Of a stretch of 64,000 bases of DNA, positions 30,169 through 38,161 are shown one piece after another. The stretch comes from an uncultured Trueperaceae bacterium (GTDB lineage: Bacteria > Deinococcota > Deinococci > Deinococcales > Trueperaceae): the NCBI GenBank assembly GCA_963727505.1, contig CAVSGP010000005.1, positions 128,001 through 192,000 on the forward strand. Reading direction: 5' to 3'. Every line of letters starts with the position of its first letter. The first letter of the stretch is position 1. The notes under the pieces are model-generated. The model worked only from the letters and a program-made list of their open reading frames with translations, searched no databases and was not told where the DNA came from. The position numbers and the translations under genes are program-made.

Positions 30169-30975
30169 CTAGGTCGCCGCCCCGTCGAGGAACAGGTGCA
30201 CGGCGAGGGCGGCCAGCGCGTCCGGTTCGTCCGCGGCCATGCCGTAGTGCTCGGGGCCGATCACGGCGAAGGCGAGCAGCGTTCCCACGAAGGCGAGCGC
30301 GAGCCGGCGCGGTGGGGTCGATAGCGTCAGTCGACCGCAGCCGGCCTCGCGCTCGAACAGCGTGGCGAGTCGGTCCAGGGTGCGGTCGGAGGAACCCTTG
30401 AGGACGCGCAACACGTCGAGCTCCTCGGCCGTGCCACCGAGGAGGATCCGCATCAGGTCGCGGTTGTCGGCGAAGACCGTGAGCGCCCCCCGTGCGATCG
30501 CGGTCAGGTCGGTGCGCAGGTCGCCGTCGGCGTGCTCGACGAGGTGGTGTACGCGAGCTCGCCCGGCCGTGGCCCGCATGAACGCCTCGAGCAGCTTCTC
30601 CCGCCCTCCGAAGTGCCGGTACACGGTGGCGACGCCCACCCCCGCCTCCTCGGCGACGCGCTCCATGGTGGCGGCGGCGACGCCACGCTCGGCCACCACT
30701 CGGCGGGCTGCGGCGAGGATGCGCGTTCGCGCGCTCTTCCGCTCCGGCGCCGGCACCTCACCCTTCGCGGCGAGCCGCTCCAGCACCGCCCGCTTGCTGC
30801 CCACGCGGCGGTAGAGCGTGGCCCGCGACAGGCCCGTGGAGCGCTCGAGCTGCTCCATGGTGAAGGCGTCGCCGTGCTCGCGGGCGAGCTCGGCGGCGGC
30901 GCGGAGGATGGTGTCGGTGCCGTGAACGCCGCTCGCCTGCTCGCGGGCCGGTACGGGCGCCGAGGTGGGTGACAT
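30169..30975 (-). CDS. TetR/AcrR-family regulator with two tandem HTH modules
   Basis: HTH1 FTMEQLERSTGLSRATLYRRVGSK; HTH2 ATMERVAEEAGVGVATVYRHFGGR. Confidence 0.85.
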   Translation of the reverse strand: MSPTSAPVPAREQASGVHGTDTILRAAAELAREHGDAFTMEQLERSTGLSRATLYRRVGSKRAVLERLAAKGEVPAPERKSARTRILAAARRVVAERGVAAATMERVAEEAGVGVATVYRHFGGREKLLEAFMRATAGRARVHHLVEHADGDLRTDLTAIARGALTVFADNRDLMRILLGGTAEELDVLRVLKGSSDRTLDRLATLFEREAGCGRLTLSTPPRRLALAFVGTLLAFAVIGPEHYGMAADEPDALAALAVHLFLDGAAT

Positions 30976-30979
30976 GAAC

Positions 30980-31011
30980 GATAGAGTAGTCTATCAAACT
31001 GTCTCGGTCAA
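30980..31011 (-). promoter_or_regulatory. Leaderless promoter with overlapping palindrome (putative TetR operator)
   Basis: TTGACC-17 bp-TACTCT-7 nt-ATG; inverted repeat GATAGA-N4-TCTATC (30980-30995) covers the -10. Confidence 0.7.
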
Positions 31012-31179
31012 GGGCATGGCAGCGTCTGCCGCGCACGGAGGCAGCCCGCAGGCGTCGACGAAGCCCGGTCCCCGGCGCGCCCACCGACCACGCGGGCCAA
31101 TTGGCGTGAGATCGTGCCGGTCGAGTTCGGCGCCTATTCTCCGGTGGCTCCCGGGTCGCCGCACGCGTAGAGTGCGGCC

Positions 31180-32295
31180 ATGACCCAGAGCGTGCTGGAC
31201 TTGCCCGTCCCCGCCTTCCCGGGGCGCCAGGCGGCCGAGCTCCCCCCGCGCGACGCGATGCTGCGGGCCATGTTGGACCGCGACGCCTCCCTCGATGGCG
31301 TGTTCTTCGCGGCCGTGCGCACCACCGGTATCTTCTGCCGCCCCTCCTGCCCGGCCCGCAAACCCAAGCCCGAGAACGTCGAGTTCTTCGGCACCGCACG
31401 CGAAGCGCTCTCCAGCGGCTACCGCCCCTGTCAGCGCTGCCACCCGTTGGAGCCGGCAGGCGCGACGCCCGACGCAATCCAGCGTCTGCTCGAAGAACTG
31501 GAGGCCGACCCCGGCCGCCGGCTGCGCGACGGCGACCTGCGCCAGCGCGGGCTCGACCCCGGCTGGGTCCGGCGCTGGTTCAAGAAGCATCACGGCATGA
31601 CCTTCCACGCCTACCAGCGTGGCCGCCGGTTGGCCAAGGCCATCCGCGAGCTCGCCGACGGGGCGCCGGTCGTCCACGCCGCCTTCGACAACGGCTTCGA
31701 CTCGCTCAGCGGCTTCCAGGAGGCGCTCCGTGCCGTCACCGGCCGCACCGCCACGGCGAGCCGCGACGCGCAGCTCGTGCACGTCTCGCGGGTAGCGACG
31801 CCTCTCGGCCCCATGCTGCTCGGCACCACCGACGACGCCGTGTGCCTGCTCGAGTTCGCCGACCGTCCGATGCTGGAGACGCAGCTCAAGCGTCTCGCGA
31901 AGCGGCTCGACGGCGCCTTCGTGCCGGGCCCGAACGACGTGGGGCGGGAGCTCGAGCGGGAGCTCGAGGCGTACTTCCTAGGCGAGCTGCGCGCCTTCGA
32001 GACGCCGCTGCTCACGCACGGCACGGAGTTCCAGGAGCGCGTCTGGCAGGAGCTCCGCACCGTGCCCTACGGCTCCACCCGGAGCTACGGCGAGCAGGCA
32101 GCTCGTATCGGCGCGCCCAAGGCGGTGCGCGCCGTGGCCCGGGCCAACGGCGACAACCGGGTGGCCATCGTCGTCCCCTGCCACCGCGTCATCGGCGCCG
32201 ACGGGAAGCTGGTGGGCTACGGCGGCGGCCTCTGGCGCAAGCGCTACCTGCTGGAGCTGGAACGGCGGGCAGCCAGCACGCTCAACGGCAGGTAG
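31180..32295 (+). CDS. ada: Bifunctional Ada regulator / methylated-DNA-[protein]-cysteine S-methyltransferase
   Basis: Zn-binding TTGIFCRPSC...GYRPCQRC, AraC-like HTH, active-site PCHRV; probably leaderless (TAGAGT-6 nt-ATG). Confidence 0.93.
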   Translation: MTQSVLDLPVPAFPGRQAAELPPRDAMLRAMLDRDASLDGVFFAAVRTTGIFCRPSCPARKPKPENVEFFGTAREALSSGYRPCQRCHPLEPAGATPDAIQRLLEELEADPGRRLRDGDLRQRGLDPGWVRRWFKKHHGMTFHAYQRGRRLAKAIRELADGAPVVHAAFDNGFDSLSGFQEALRAVTGRTATASRDAQLVHVSRVATPLGPMLLGTTDDAVCLLEFADRPMLETQLKRLAKRLDGAFVPGPNDVGRELERELEAYFLGELRAFETPLLTHGTEFQERVWQELRTVPYGSTRSYGEQAARIGAPKAVRAVARANGDNRVAIVVPCHRVIGADGKLVGYGGGLWRKRYLLELERRAASTLNGR

Positions 32296-33200
32296 CACGA
32301 CACGATCCAGTTGGGGGCGTCGACCACCTCGCTGATCTTCAGGTCGGCCGCCACGCTGCACAGCACGTACGCCTTCTCGCGCGTCAGGCCGTGGTTCTCC
32401 GCCAGCCAGGCCACCATGTCGCGGACCGCCGTGCGGGCGTTCTCGTAGAGGTCGGGGCCGTGTGCCGTGGTGGCGAAATAACCGGCGCTGTCGGCGCGGG
32501 TGAGGGGGCTGGGCGTTGTGAACTGCAGCTCGCGTACGGCCAGGTCCTTGCGCACGTGGAAGCGCAGGGTCACCGTCATCGGCGCTTCGATGCCCGTCCC
32601 GCACACCTCGCCGTCACCCTGCGCGGCGTGGCAGTCACCGGTGGAGAAGAGCGCGCCCGGCGCCAGCACCGGGAAATAGCCGGTGGCGCCCACGGTGAGC
32701 CCGCGGATGTCGATGTTGCCGGCGTTGGCGCGCGGGGGTGCGGTGATCAGCCGGCCGGCATCGGCCGGCGCCACGCCCATCACCCCGCAGAACGGTTCGA
32801 AGGGGACCCTCACGGCGTCGGAGTCGCGGAAGCGGCAGGTGTCGCCGTCCAGCGTCCAGTGCTGCAGGTAGGGGGCGTCGAACTCGTCGGGGATGAGTCC
32901 GATGCCGCGAGGTTTGAACGCGGTCCAGCCCCAGCCGTGATGCTTCAGCTCGAGGATCTCGACCTCGAGCGTGTCGCCTGGCTCCGCGCCCGCCACGAAG
33001 ACCGGCCCGGTCAAGGCGTGCGCCCGTGAGGCGTCGAAGGTCGCGTAGGCGTTCGCGTTCGACGCCGGCGTCACCTGGGCGTCGCTGGCGTCCTTGCATA
33101 CGAAGGTGACGGTGTCCCCCGAGGCGATCTCCAGCCGTGCGGGGTAGTCGCGGTCCCAGAAGGCGTGGACGACGCTGTCGTCGAGGTGGTGCTCGGCCAC
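32244..33200 (-). CDS. Acetamidase/formamidase family protein
   Basis: LTGPVFVAGAEPGD, GNID, GDCHAAQGDGEVCGTGIE, ISEVVD; GAGGAG RBS before GTG. Confidence 0.9.
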   Translation of the reverse strand: MAEHHLDDSVVHAFWDRDYPARLEIASGDTVTFVCKDASDAQVTPASNANAYATFDASRAHALTGPVFVAGAEPGDTLEVEILELKHHGWGWTAFKPRGIGLIPDEFDAPYLQHWTLDGDTCRFRDSDAVRVPFEPFCGVMGVAPADAGRLITAPPRANAGNIDIRGLTVGATGYFPVLAPGALFSTGDCHAAQGDGEVCGTGIEAPMTVTLRFHVRKDLAVRELQFTTPSPLTRADSAGYFATTAHGPDLYENARTAVRDMVAWLAENHGLTREKAYVLCSVAADLKISEVVDAPNWIVSCYLPLSVLAARRSSSSR

Positions 33201-33294
33201 GGTGAGGCTCCTCTGTGCCCGGAGGCATCTTCGGGCGCTCCGGAGGGGACGGCGCCCGCGGGACGCCATGGCTCACGATACCGGCCGACCGGGC

Positions 33295-34038
33295 TCAGCG
33301 CAGCCGCTTGCCCATCCACACGGCGCGACCGTCCTGTCCTTCGCCGAGAGGGATGAAGCCGAGGTGCTCGTAGAAGCCGATGGCCCGCGCGTTGGCCACC
33401 GCCACCCCCAGGTGCACGCCCGCGGAGCCGTCCCGTCGAAGGGCCTCGAGCAGGCGTTCCATCAGCTCCCTGCCGTGGCCGCGACCCTGGGCGGTGGGGA
33501 GCAGATCGACGTGCAGATGCGACGGATAGGACCGGAACGCCTCGGGCAGGATGCGCGGGAAAGCCTCGTCGGGATGGTGCAGCAGGTGCATCAGGCGGTG
33601 ATCGGGCGTCCAGACCGCCGGGTCGCCGTCCGGGTCGGGATAGCGGTGCTGCAGTGGCGGCAGCCAGCGTGTGCGGACGAGGGCGTGGAAGGCGAGCGTG
33701 TCGAGAGCGGCGACGGCGTAGCCGGCCACGCTGGCACGCAGGCTCGCAGCCACGCTGCCGACCCCGGTGCCGCCGTCCACGACGCCGCCGTCCACGACGC
33801 TGCCGTCCACGACGCCGCCGACCGCCAACGGGCCACCCGCCTCCTCGAGCACGAGCACGTGCTCGGGTTCGAGCGCGGCGTACGGGCCTACGTACAGGTG
33901 GCCGAGCAGCTCCGGGTCGTCGTGGAGTGCGCTGGCGTCCGCGCCTGCGTCGCCCGTCGCCAGGCACACCTGGTAGAGGCCGACGACGTCGTCCGGCTGG
34001 AAGGCGCGGACGTGGTGGTCCCGAGCCGCCTCGCTCAC
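33295..34038 (-). CDS. GNAT acetyltransferase homologous to the O-GlcNAcase C-terminal (pseudo-HAT) domain
   Basis: DPELLGHLYVGPY...EPEHVLVLE, YPSHLHVDLLPTAQGRGHG, GVHLGV..NARAIGFYEHLGF; GTG overlaps the GH84 stop. Confidence 0.85.
   Translation of the reverse strand: MSEAARDHHVRAFQPDDVVGLYQVCLATGDAGADASALHDDPELLGHLYVGPYAALEPEHVLVLEEAGGPLAVGGVVDGSVVDGGVVDGGTGVGSVAASLRASVAGYAVAALDTLAFHALVRTRWLPPLQHRYPDPDGDPAVWTPDHRLMHLLHHPDEAFPRILPEAFRSYPSHLHVDLLPTAQGRGHGRELMERLLEALRRDGSAGVHLGVAVANARAIGFYEHLGFIPLGEGQDGRAVWMGKRLR
33769..33813. repeat. 15-bp tandem repeat x3 within the GNAT gene (VVDG[G/S] peptide repeat)
   Basis: GCCGCCGTCCACGAC x2 plus GCTGCCGTCCACGAC. Confidence 0.9.
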
Positions 34039-35393
34039 CGGTGGACGTCCCGCCGGCTCGCCGCGCCGCGGATGGGCGGTGCCGGCTCGGGCAGCATGCG
34101 CCGCAGCGTGCCGGCGAAACCGCGCCCGTAGGTGTTGTCGACGCCGTCGCGCGGAGGCTCGGGCGCGCGCCCCTCGCGACGGGCCGCCAGGCGCCGCGCG
34201 GCGCGCACAGCCTCGGCCAGCACGTCCTGCACGTAGGGGCGGAGGCTCACCACCAGCTCCCGATCGCGCAACCACGACAGCCGGCCGGCGAGGTCGGCGA
34301 GCCGCGCCACGGTCCCCGCCACGGCGTCGAAGGTCGCGCCCCAGTCGGCGGGCGGGGTCGCCAGCAGGGTGCCCACGTCGTCGAGGAATGCGCGTGCCGC
34401 CGGACCGTGCTCGAACGGCAGGTACAGGAAGTCGGCCAGGAAGGCCAGGTCGTCGGGGGTGGGGGGTTCGTGGCCGAGTGGCTCGAGCGCGCTCGCCCAG
34501 TCACCGATGGCCTCCAGGAAGGCGGCACGGGGTTCGAAGGCGTCGTCGTGCAGGTAGGCGGCGAGGGTCGCGAGCGGGACGGTGTCGGCGGCGAGCTCGC
34601 CGTTGGGATTGAGGAGGATGCCCGCGACCTCGTCGCGCAGGGCCGCGGGGCGTCCCTGGTAGGGGCCGAGGTAGACGCTTCCCAGGTCGTAGTCGTTGGC
34701 GTGGAGGTTGTCCCACAGCAGCGGCTTGCGTCGCAGCGTGCGTGCCACCTCGCGCACGCCTGCGGCGTCGATCGTCTCGGAGACGACGTCCGGACCGGTC
34801 CAGAAGACCTCGATGTCGGGGTCGAGGCGCTCGCCGAGCTCACCCAGGTAGGGGCTCTCGCCCACGCCGGGGCGCGCCATGGCGCCGCAGTAGTCGGTGG
34901 GGCAGAACAGCAACGTCCCGCCGCCCGCCGCCTGGAGCTGCGCATGGATCCGGTTGGCGGCGTCGGCCTGGGCGGCGGCCAGGCTGCCGAAGCGGATGGC
35001 GTCCGCGTCGCGGAGCGTGCGCGGCACGTCGTCGAACAGCAGCGCAACGGTGTGCACGCCCAGGGCGAGCGCCTGCGCCACCTTGCCCTGCAGCGCCGCC
35101 GCGTCCGCGTCGTCGGTGAAGCGCAGGTCGAGGCCGGGAGCCAGGGCGTAGGCGAAGGTCACACCCTCAGCGGCGGCTCCCTCCACCAGCCTCGCCAGCT
35201 CCGTTCGCTCGGTGGCGTCGTACGGTTCGCGCCAGAGCAGGCGGTGCTTGAGGTCGTCCTTGGGTGCAAAGAGGTAGGTGCCGAGTCGCCACGCGCGCAT
35301 CCGCGCGAACAGCGCCAGGCGCTGAGCCTCGCTCCAGGGGCGGCCGTAGAAGCCCTCGATCACGCCACCGCGGATGACCGCGTCGTCGCTCAT
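34035..35393 (-). CDS. GH84 beta-N-acetylglucosaminidase (O-GlcNAcase-like), cytoplasmic
   Basis: GVIEGFYGRPW, YLFAPKDD.KHR, catalytic LLFDD, FCPTDYC, WTGPDV, WDNLHANDYD; no signal peptide. Confidence 0.92.
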   Translation of the reverse strand: MSDDAVIRGGVIEGFYGRPWSEAQRLALFARMRAWRLGTYLFAPKDDLKHRLLWREPYDATERTELARLVEGAAAEGVTFAYALAPGLDLRFTDDADAAALQGKVAQALALGVHTVALLFDDVPRTLRDADAIRFGSLAAAQADAANRIHAQLQAAGGGTLLFCPTDYCGAMARPGVGESPYLGELGERLDPDIEVFWTGPDVVSETIDAAGVREVARTLRRKPLLWDNLHANDYDLGSVYLGPYQGRPAALRDEVAGILLNPNGELAADTVPLATLAAYLHDDAFEPRAAFLEAIGDWASALEPLGHEPPTPDDLAFLADFLYLPFEHGPAARAFLDDVGTLLATPPADWGATFDAVAGTVARLADLAGRLSWLRDRELVVSLRPYVQDVLAEAVRAARRLAARREGRAPEPPRDGVDNTYGRGFAGTLRRMLPEPAPPIRGAASRRDVHR

Positions 35394-35527
35394 GTCCGCC
35401 TCCCTCGCCGCGTGCCGCGGCCCGGATCCCAGGATAGGGGCCGCACGCCGTCGGGCGGGGGGCGGATGTCTCTGGTGTGCCGCACGCCGACCCCCGCACC
35501 CTCGAAGGCGGGAGAACGGGAGTCACG

Positions 35528-37108
35528 ATGGCACGACGTTCACGGAAGAGGAACGGGACAGAGGGACGGGCCGCCGGTCGGGCGCGCGTGAACGCGGTGC
35601 CTGTGAGGGGCCGGCGGGCCGTGACGGCGCTCGCAGCCCTGGTGGTGCCGGCGCTGACGGGCTGGGGTGTCGGCGTCTGGCTGCCGCGAGGGCCTGTGAC
35701 GTCTTCGCAGGCGCTGGCTTTGCTCGGCGTGGCGCTCGTGCTGGGGTTCGTGGCCGGCGCAGGCATGCGCTCGCGGTGGGCGATGCTGAGCGCGCCGCTG
35801 GCGTTCTTCGCTGCCTTCGAGCTGGCGCGGCTGTCCGCGGTCGGGCCCACCGTGGACGGCATCCACCTTGGCACCCCCTACGGGGCGCTGGCCTTCCTGC
35901 TGGGGCGCGGGGTGCTCGGCGTTCTGGTGCTGGTGCCGATGCTGCTAGGTGCGAACCTGGGGGTCGCCCTGGCGTGGCGGCGAAGCGGTCACCACACGGG
36001 TCGTGGCCGCCCGGTGCGCCGCGCGATCGGCTGGAGCGCGAGCGCGCTCGCCGGAGCGGGGGTGTTGGTTCTGGCCTTCCTGCTGGCACGGCCCGCGTCC
36101 ACGCCTGCGATCGTGGGGGCCGACGGCGCCCCGTTGCCTGGGAGCGTAGCGGCACTCGAGCCGGTCATTCTCGGCGGGCAGGAGCAGTGGATCCTGGTCC
36201 GCGGCGTCAGCCGCGACGCCCCGGTGCTGCTCTACCTGGCGGGCGGCCCGGGGCAGAGCGATCTGCCGTACGCGCGGGTGCTGCTCGCGGACCTTGTGCA
36301 GGACTTCGTGGTCGTGTCGTGGGATCAGCGTGGCACCGGCAAGTCCTACCCGGCGCTCGAGCCGACCGCCACGCTCACGCCGGACCGTGCCGTGTCCGAC
36401 CTGATCGAGCTCACCGAGATCCTTCGTGCGCGCTTCGGAGAGGAGCGCATCTACCTGCTCGGCGAGTCCTGGGGCAGCACCCTGGCGGTGCTGGCCGCCC
36501 AGCGCCGGCCCGAGCTCTACCACGCCGTGCTCGGCAGCGGTCAGATGGTCAGTCAGCGCGAGACCGACCGCCGCCTCTACCGTGACGTCCTTGCCCATGC
36601 CGCGGCCACCGGCGACGAAGCGCTGACCCGGCGCATGCAGGCGTACGGCGAGCCGCCCTACGACAGCGTCTACGCCTACGGCACGGTGATGGGCCTCTAC
36701 GACGCGCTCGCCGGCGACTACACCCCGCCGGCCGCCTACCGCGAGCGGGGTCGCGACGCCCACCTCGGCTTCATGGGCGTGGGTGGCAGCGAGTACGACC
36801 TGATCGACAAGGTCAACGTCTTGCGCGGCCTGCTCGACATGTTCTCGGTGCTCTACCCCCAGCTCCAGCAGGTCGACTTCCGCCGTGACGTGCCGCGCCT
36901 CGAGGTACCGCTCTACGTCTTCGACGGCGGCCACGAGCTGGCCGCCCGGCGTGACCTTGCCCGCGTCTGGTTCGAGCAGCTGGACGCCCCCATCAAGCGC
37001 CTCTACACCTTCGAGGACGGCGGCCACTCGGTCGCATTCGAGCACTTCCAGGACCTGCACCGGATCCTGGTGGAGACGGTGCTGCCGGAGACCTACGTGC
37101 AGCGCTGA
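35528..37108 (+). CDS. Membrane-anchored alpha/beta hydrolase (proline iminopeptidase-like)
   Basis: Several N-terminal TM helices, then LAGGPG, WDQRGTGKS, GESWG, GGHS. Confidence 0.8.
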   Translation: MARRSRKRNGTEGRAAGRARVNAVPVRGRRAVTALAALVVPALTGWGVGVWLPRGPVTSSQALALLGVALVLGFVAGAGMRSRWAMLSAPLAFFAAFELARLSAVGPTVDGIHLGTPYGALAFLLGRGVLGVLVLVPMLLGANLGVALAWRRSGHHTGRGRPVRRAIGWSASALAGAGVLVLAFLLARPASTPAIVGADGAPLPGSVAALEPVILGGQEQWILVRGVSRDAPVLLYLAGGPGQSDLPYARVLLADLVQDFVVVSWDQRGTGKSYPALEPTATLTPDRAVSDLIELTEILRARFGEERIYLLGESWGSTLAVLAAQRRPELYHAVLGSGQMVSQRETDRRLYRDVLAHAAATGDEALTRRMQAYGEPPYDSVYAYGTVMGLYDALAGDYTPPAAYRERGRDAHLGFMGVGGSEYDLIDKVNVLRGLLDMFSVLYPQLQQVDFRRDVPRLEVPLYVFDGGHELAARRDLARVWFEQLDAPIKRLYTFEDGGHSVAFEHFQDLHRILVETVLPETYVQR

Positions 37109-37115
37109 AGACGGC

Positions 37116-37934
37116 TCAGCACCGCCGGGCGTTCGCCCGGATGGCCGCCGCCACGTAGCTCGCCAGCCCCTTGGAACGGTCGTCGTAGTGCTTCGCGAAG
37201 CGGGGGTCTGCCTCGTACAGATCGGCCAGGCCGACATGCATGACCGGGCTGCAGCCGTAGTACCAGCGGGTGATGTGCTGCCGGTGGGCCTCGGCGGCGT
37301 CCATGGCCGCGGCGGCGTCCGCCGGCACGCCGGCGGCTTGTTCGTCGGCGAAGCGCTGCTCGATGGCCTCTGCCTCCTGGCGGACGGCCAACCATTCGGC
37401 CTTGCCGTAGCGCCGGGTGCGCGCCCGGCTCTGCCGGTAGGCCTCGCTGCCGCCCCAGCGTTCCTCGGCCTCGGCGGCGTGTTCGGTCGGATCGAAATCG
37501 CCGAACACCTCGAGCATCTCCTTCGGATCCAGGTCGATCCCCATCTGGTGGGCCTCCATCGTCTTCTGTAGGCTGGAGCGCATCGCCTCCAGGCGCTCCA
37601 TGCGGGCGTCGAGCAGCGTCGCCTGGCGGCGCAGGTGCTCGATGCGGTCGGTGGCGGGGTCGTCGAGCAGCGCGCCGATGGTGGCCAGCTCGAAGCCCAG
37701 CTCGCGGTACGCCAGGATGCGCTGCAGGCGCTCGAGGGCTTGCGGCCCGTAGGCGCGGTAACCGTTGTCGCCCCTGTACGCCGGCGTCAAGATCGCGATG
37801 GCGTCGTAGTGGTGCAGCGTGCGCACGCTCACTCCGGCGAGCCGGGCGACGTCGCCGACGGTGTAGTGAACGTCGGGTCGAGGGGCTCGCTGCGTCTCGT
37901 TGTGCCGCGGGTTCGACGGGTCGGTACGGCGCAT
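37116..37934 (-). CDS. MerR-family regulator with TipAS ligand-binding domain (TipA/Mta-like)
   Basis: YTVGDVARLAGVSVRTLHHYD HTH; EAEERWG, HRQHITRWYYGC, LADLYEADPRF; AAGGAGG RBS. Confidence 0.9.
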   Translation of the reverse strand: MRRTDPSNPRHNETQRAPRPDVHYTVGDVARLAGVSVRTLHHYDAIAILTPAYRGDNGYRAYGPQALERLQRILAYRELGFELATIGALLDDPATDRIEHLRRQATLLDARMERLEAMRSSLQKTMEAHQMGIDLDPKEMLEVFGDFDPTEHAAEAEERWGGSEAYRQSRARTRRYGKAEWLAVRQEAEAIEQRFADEQAAGVPADAAAAMDAAEAHRQHITRWYYGCSPVMHVGLADLYEADPRFAKHYDDRSKGLASYVAAAIRANARRC

Positions 37935-37960
37935 GGCGTCACGCCTCCTTTCCGAAGCGT

Positions 37961-37991
37961 AGCCTAGACCCTCACGGAACGTGAGGGTCAA
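37961..37991 (-). promoter_or_regulatory. MerR-type promoter with 19-bp spacer and dyad operator
   Basis: TTGACC-19 bp-TAGGCT; perfect inverted repeat GACCCTCACG-N3-CGTGAGGGTC (37967-37989). Confidence 0.88.
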
Positions 37992-38161
37992 GCGGCCGTG
38001 GACCGCCCGAGGCGCCGGCCCGTTCGTGCCCCCGCCAACGGCGTCGGCTCCCGGGACCACGCCGGCCCGCGCCCATCCCGCGTCGTTGCCGCGCCGGCAC
38101 CGACCCGAACGAACCGACCCGTACAATGGGTCCGACGCTTGACCGGGAGACGGAGCCGAGC

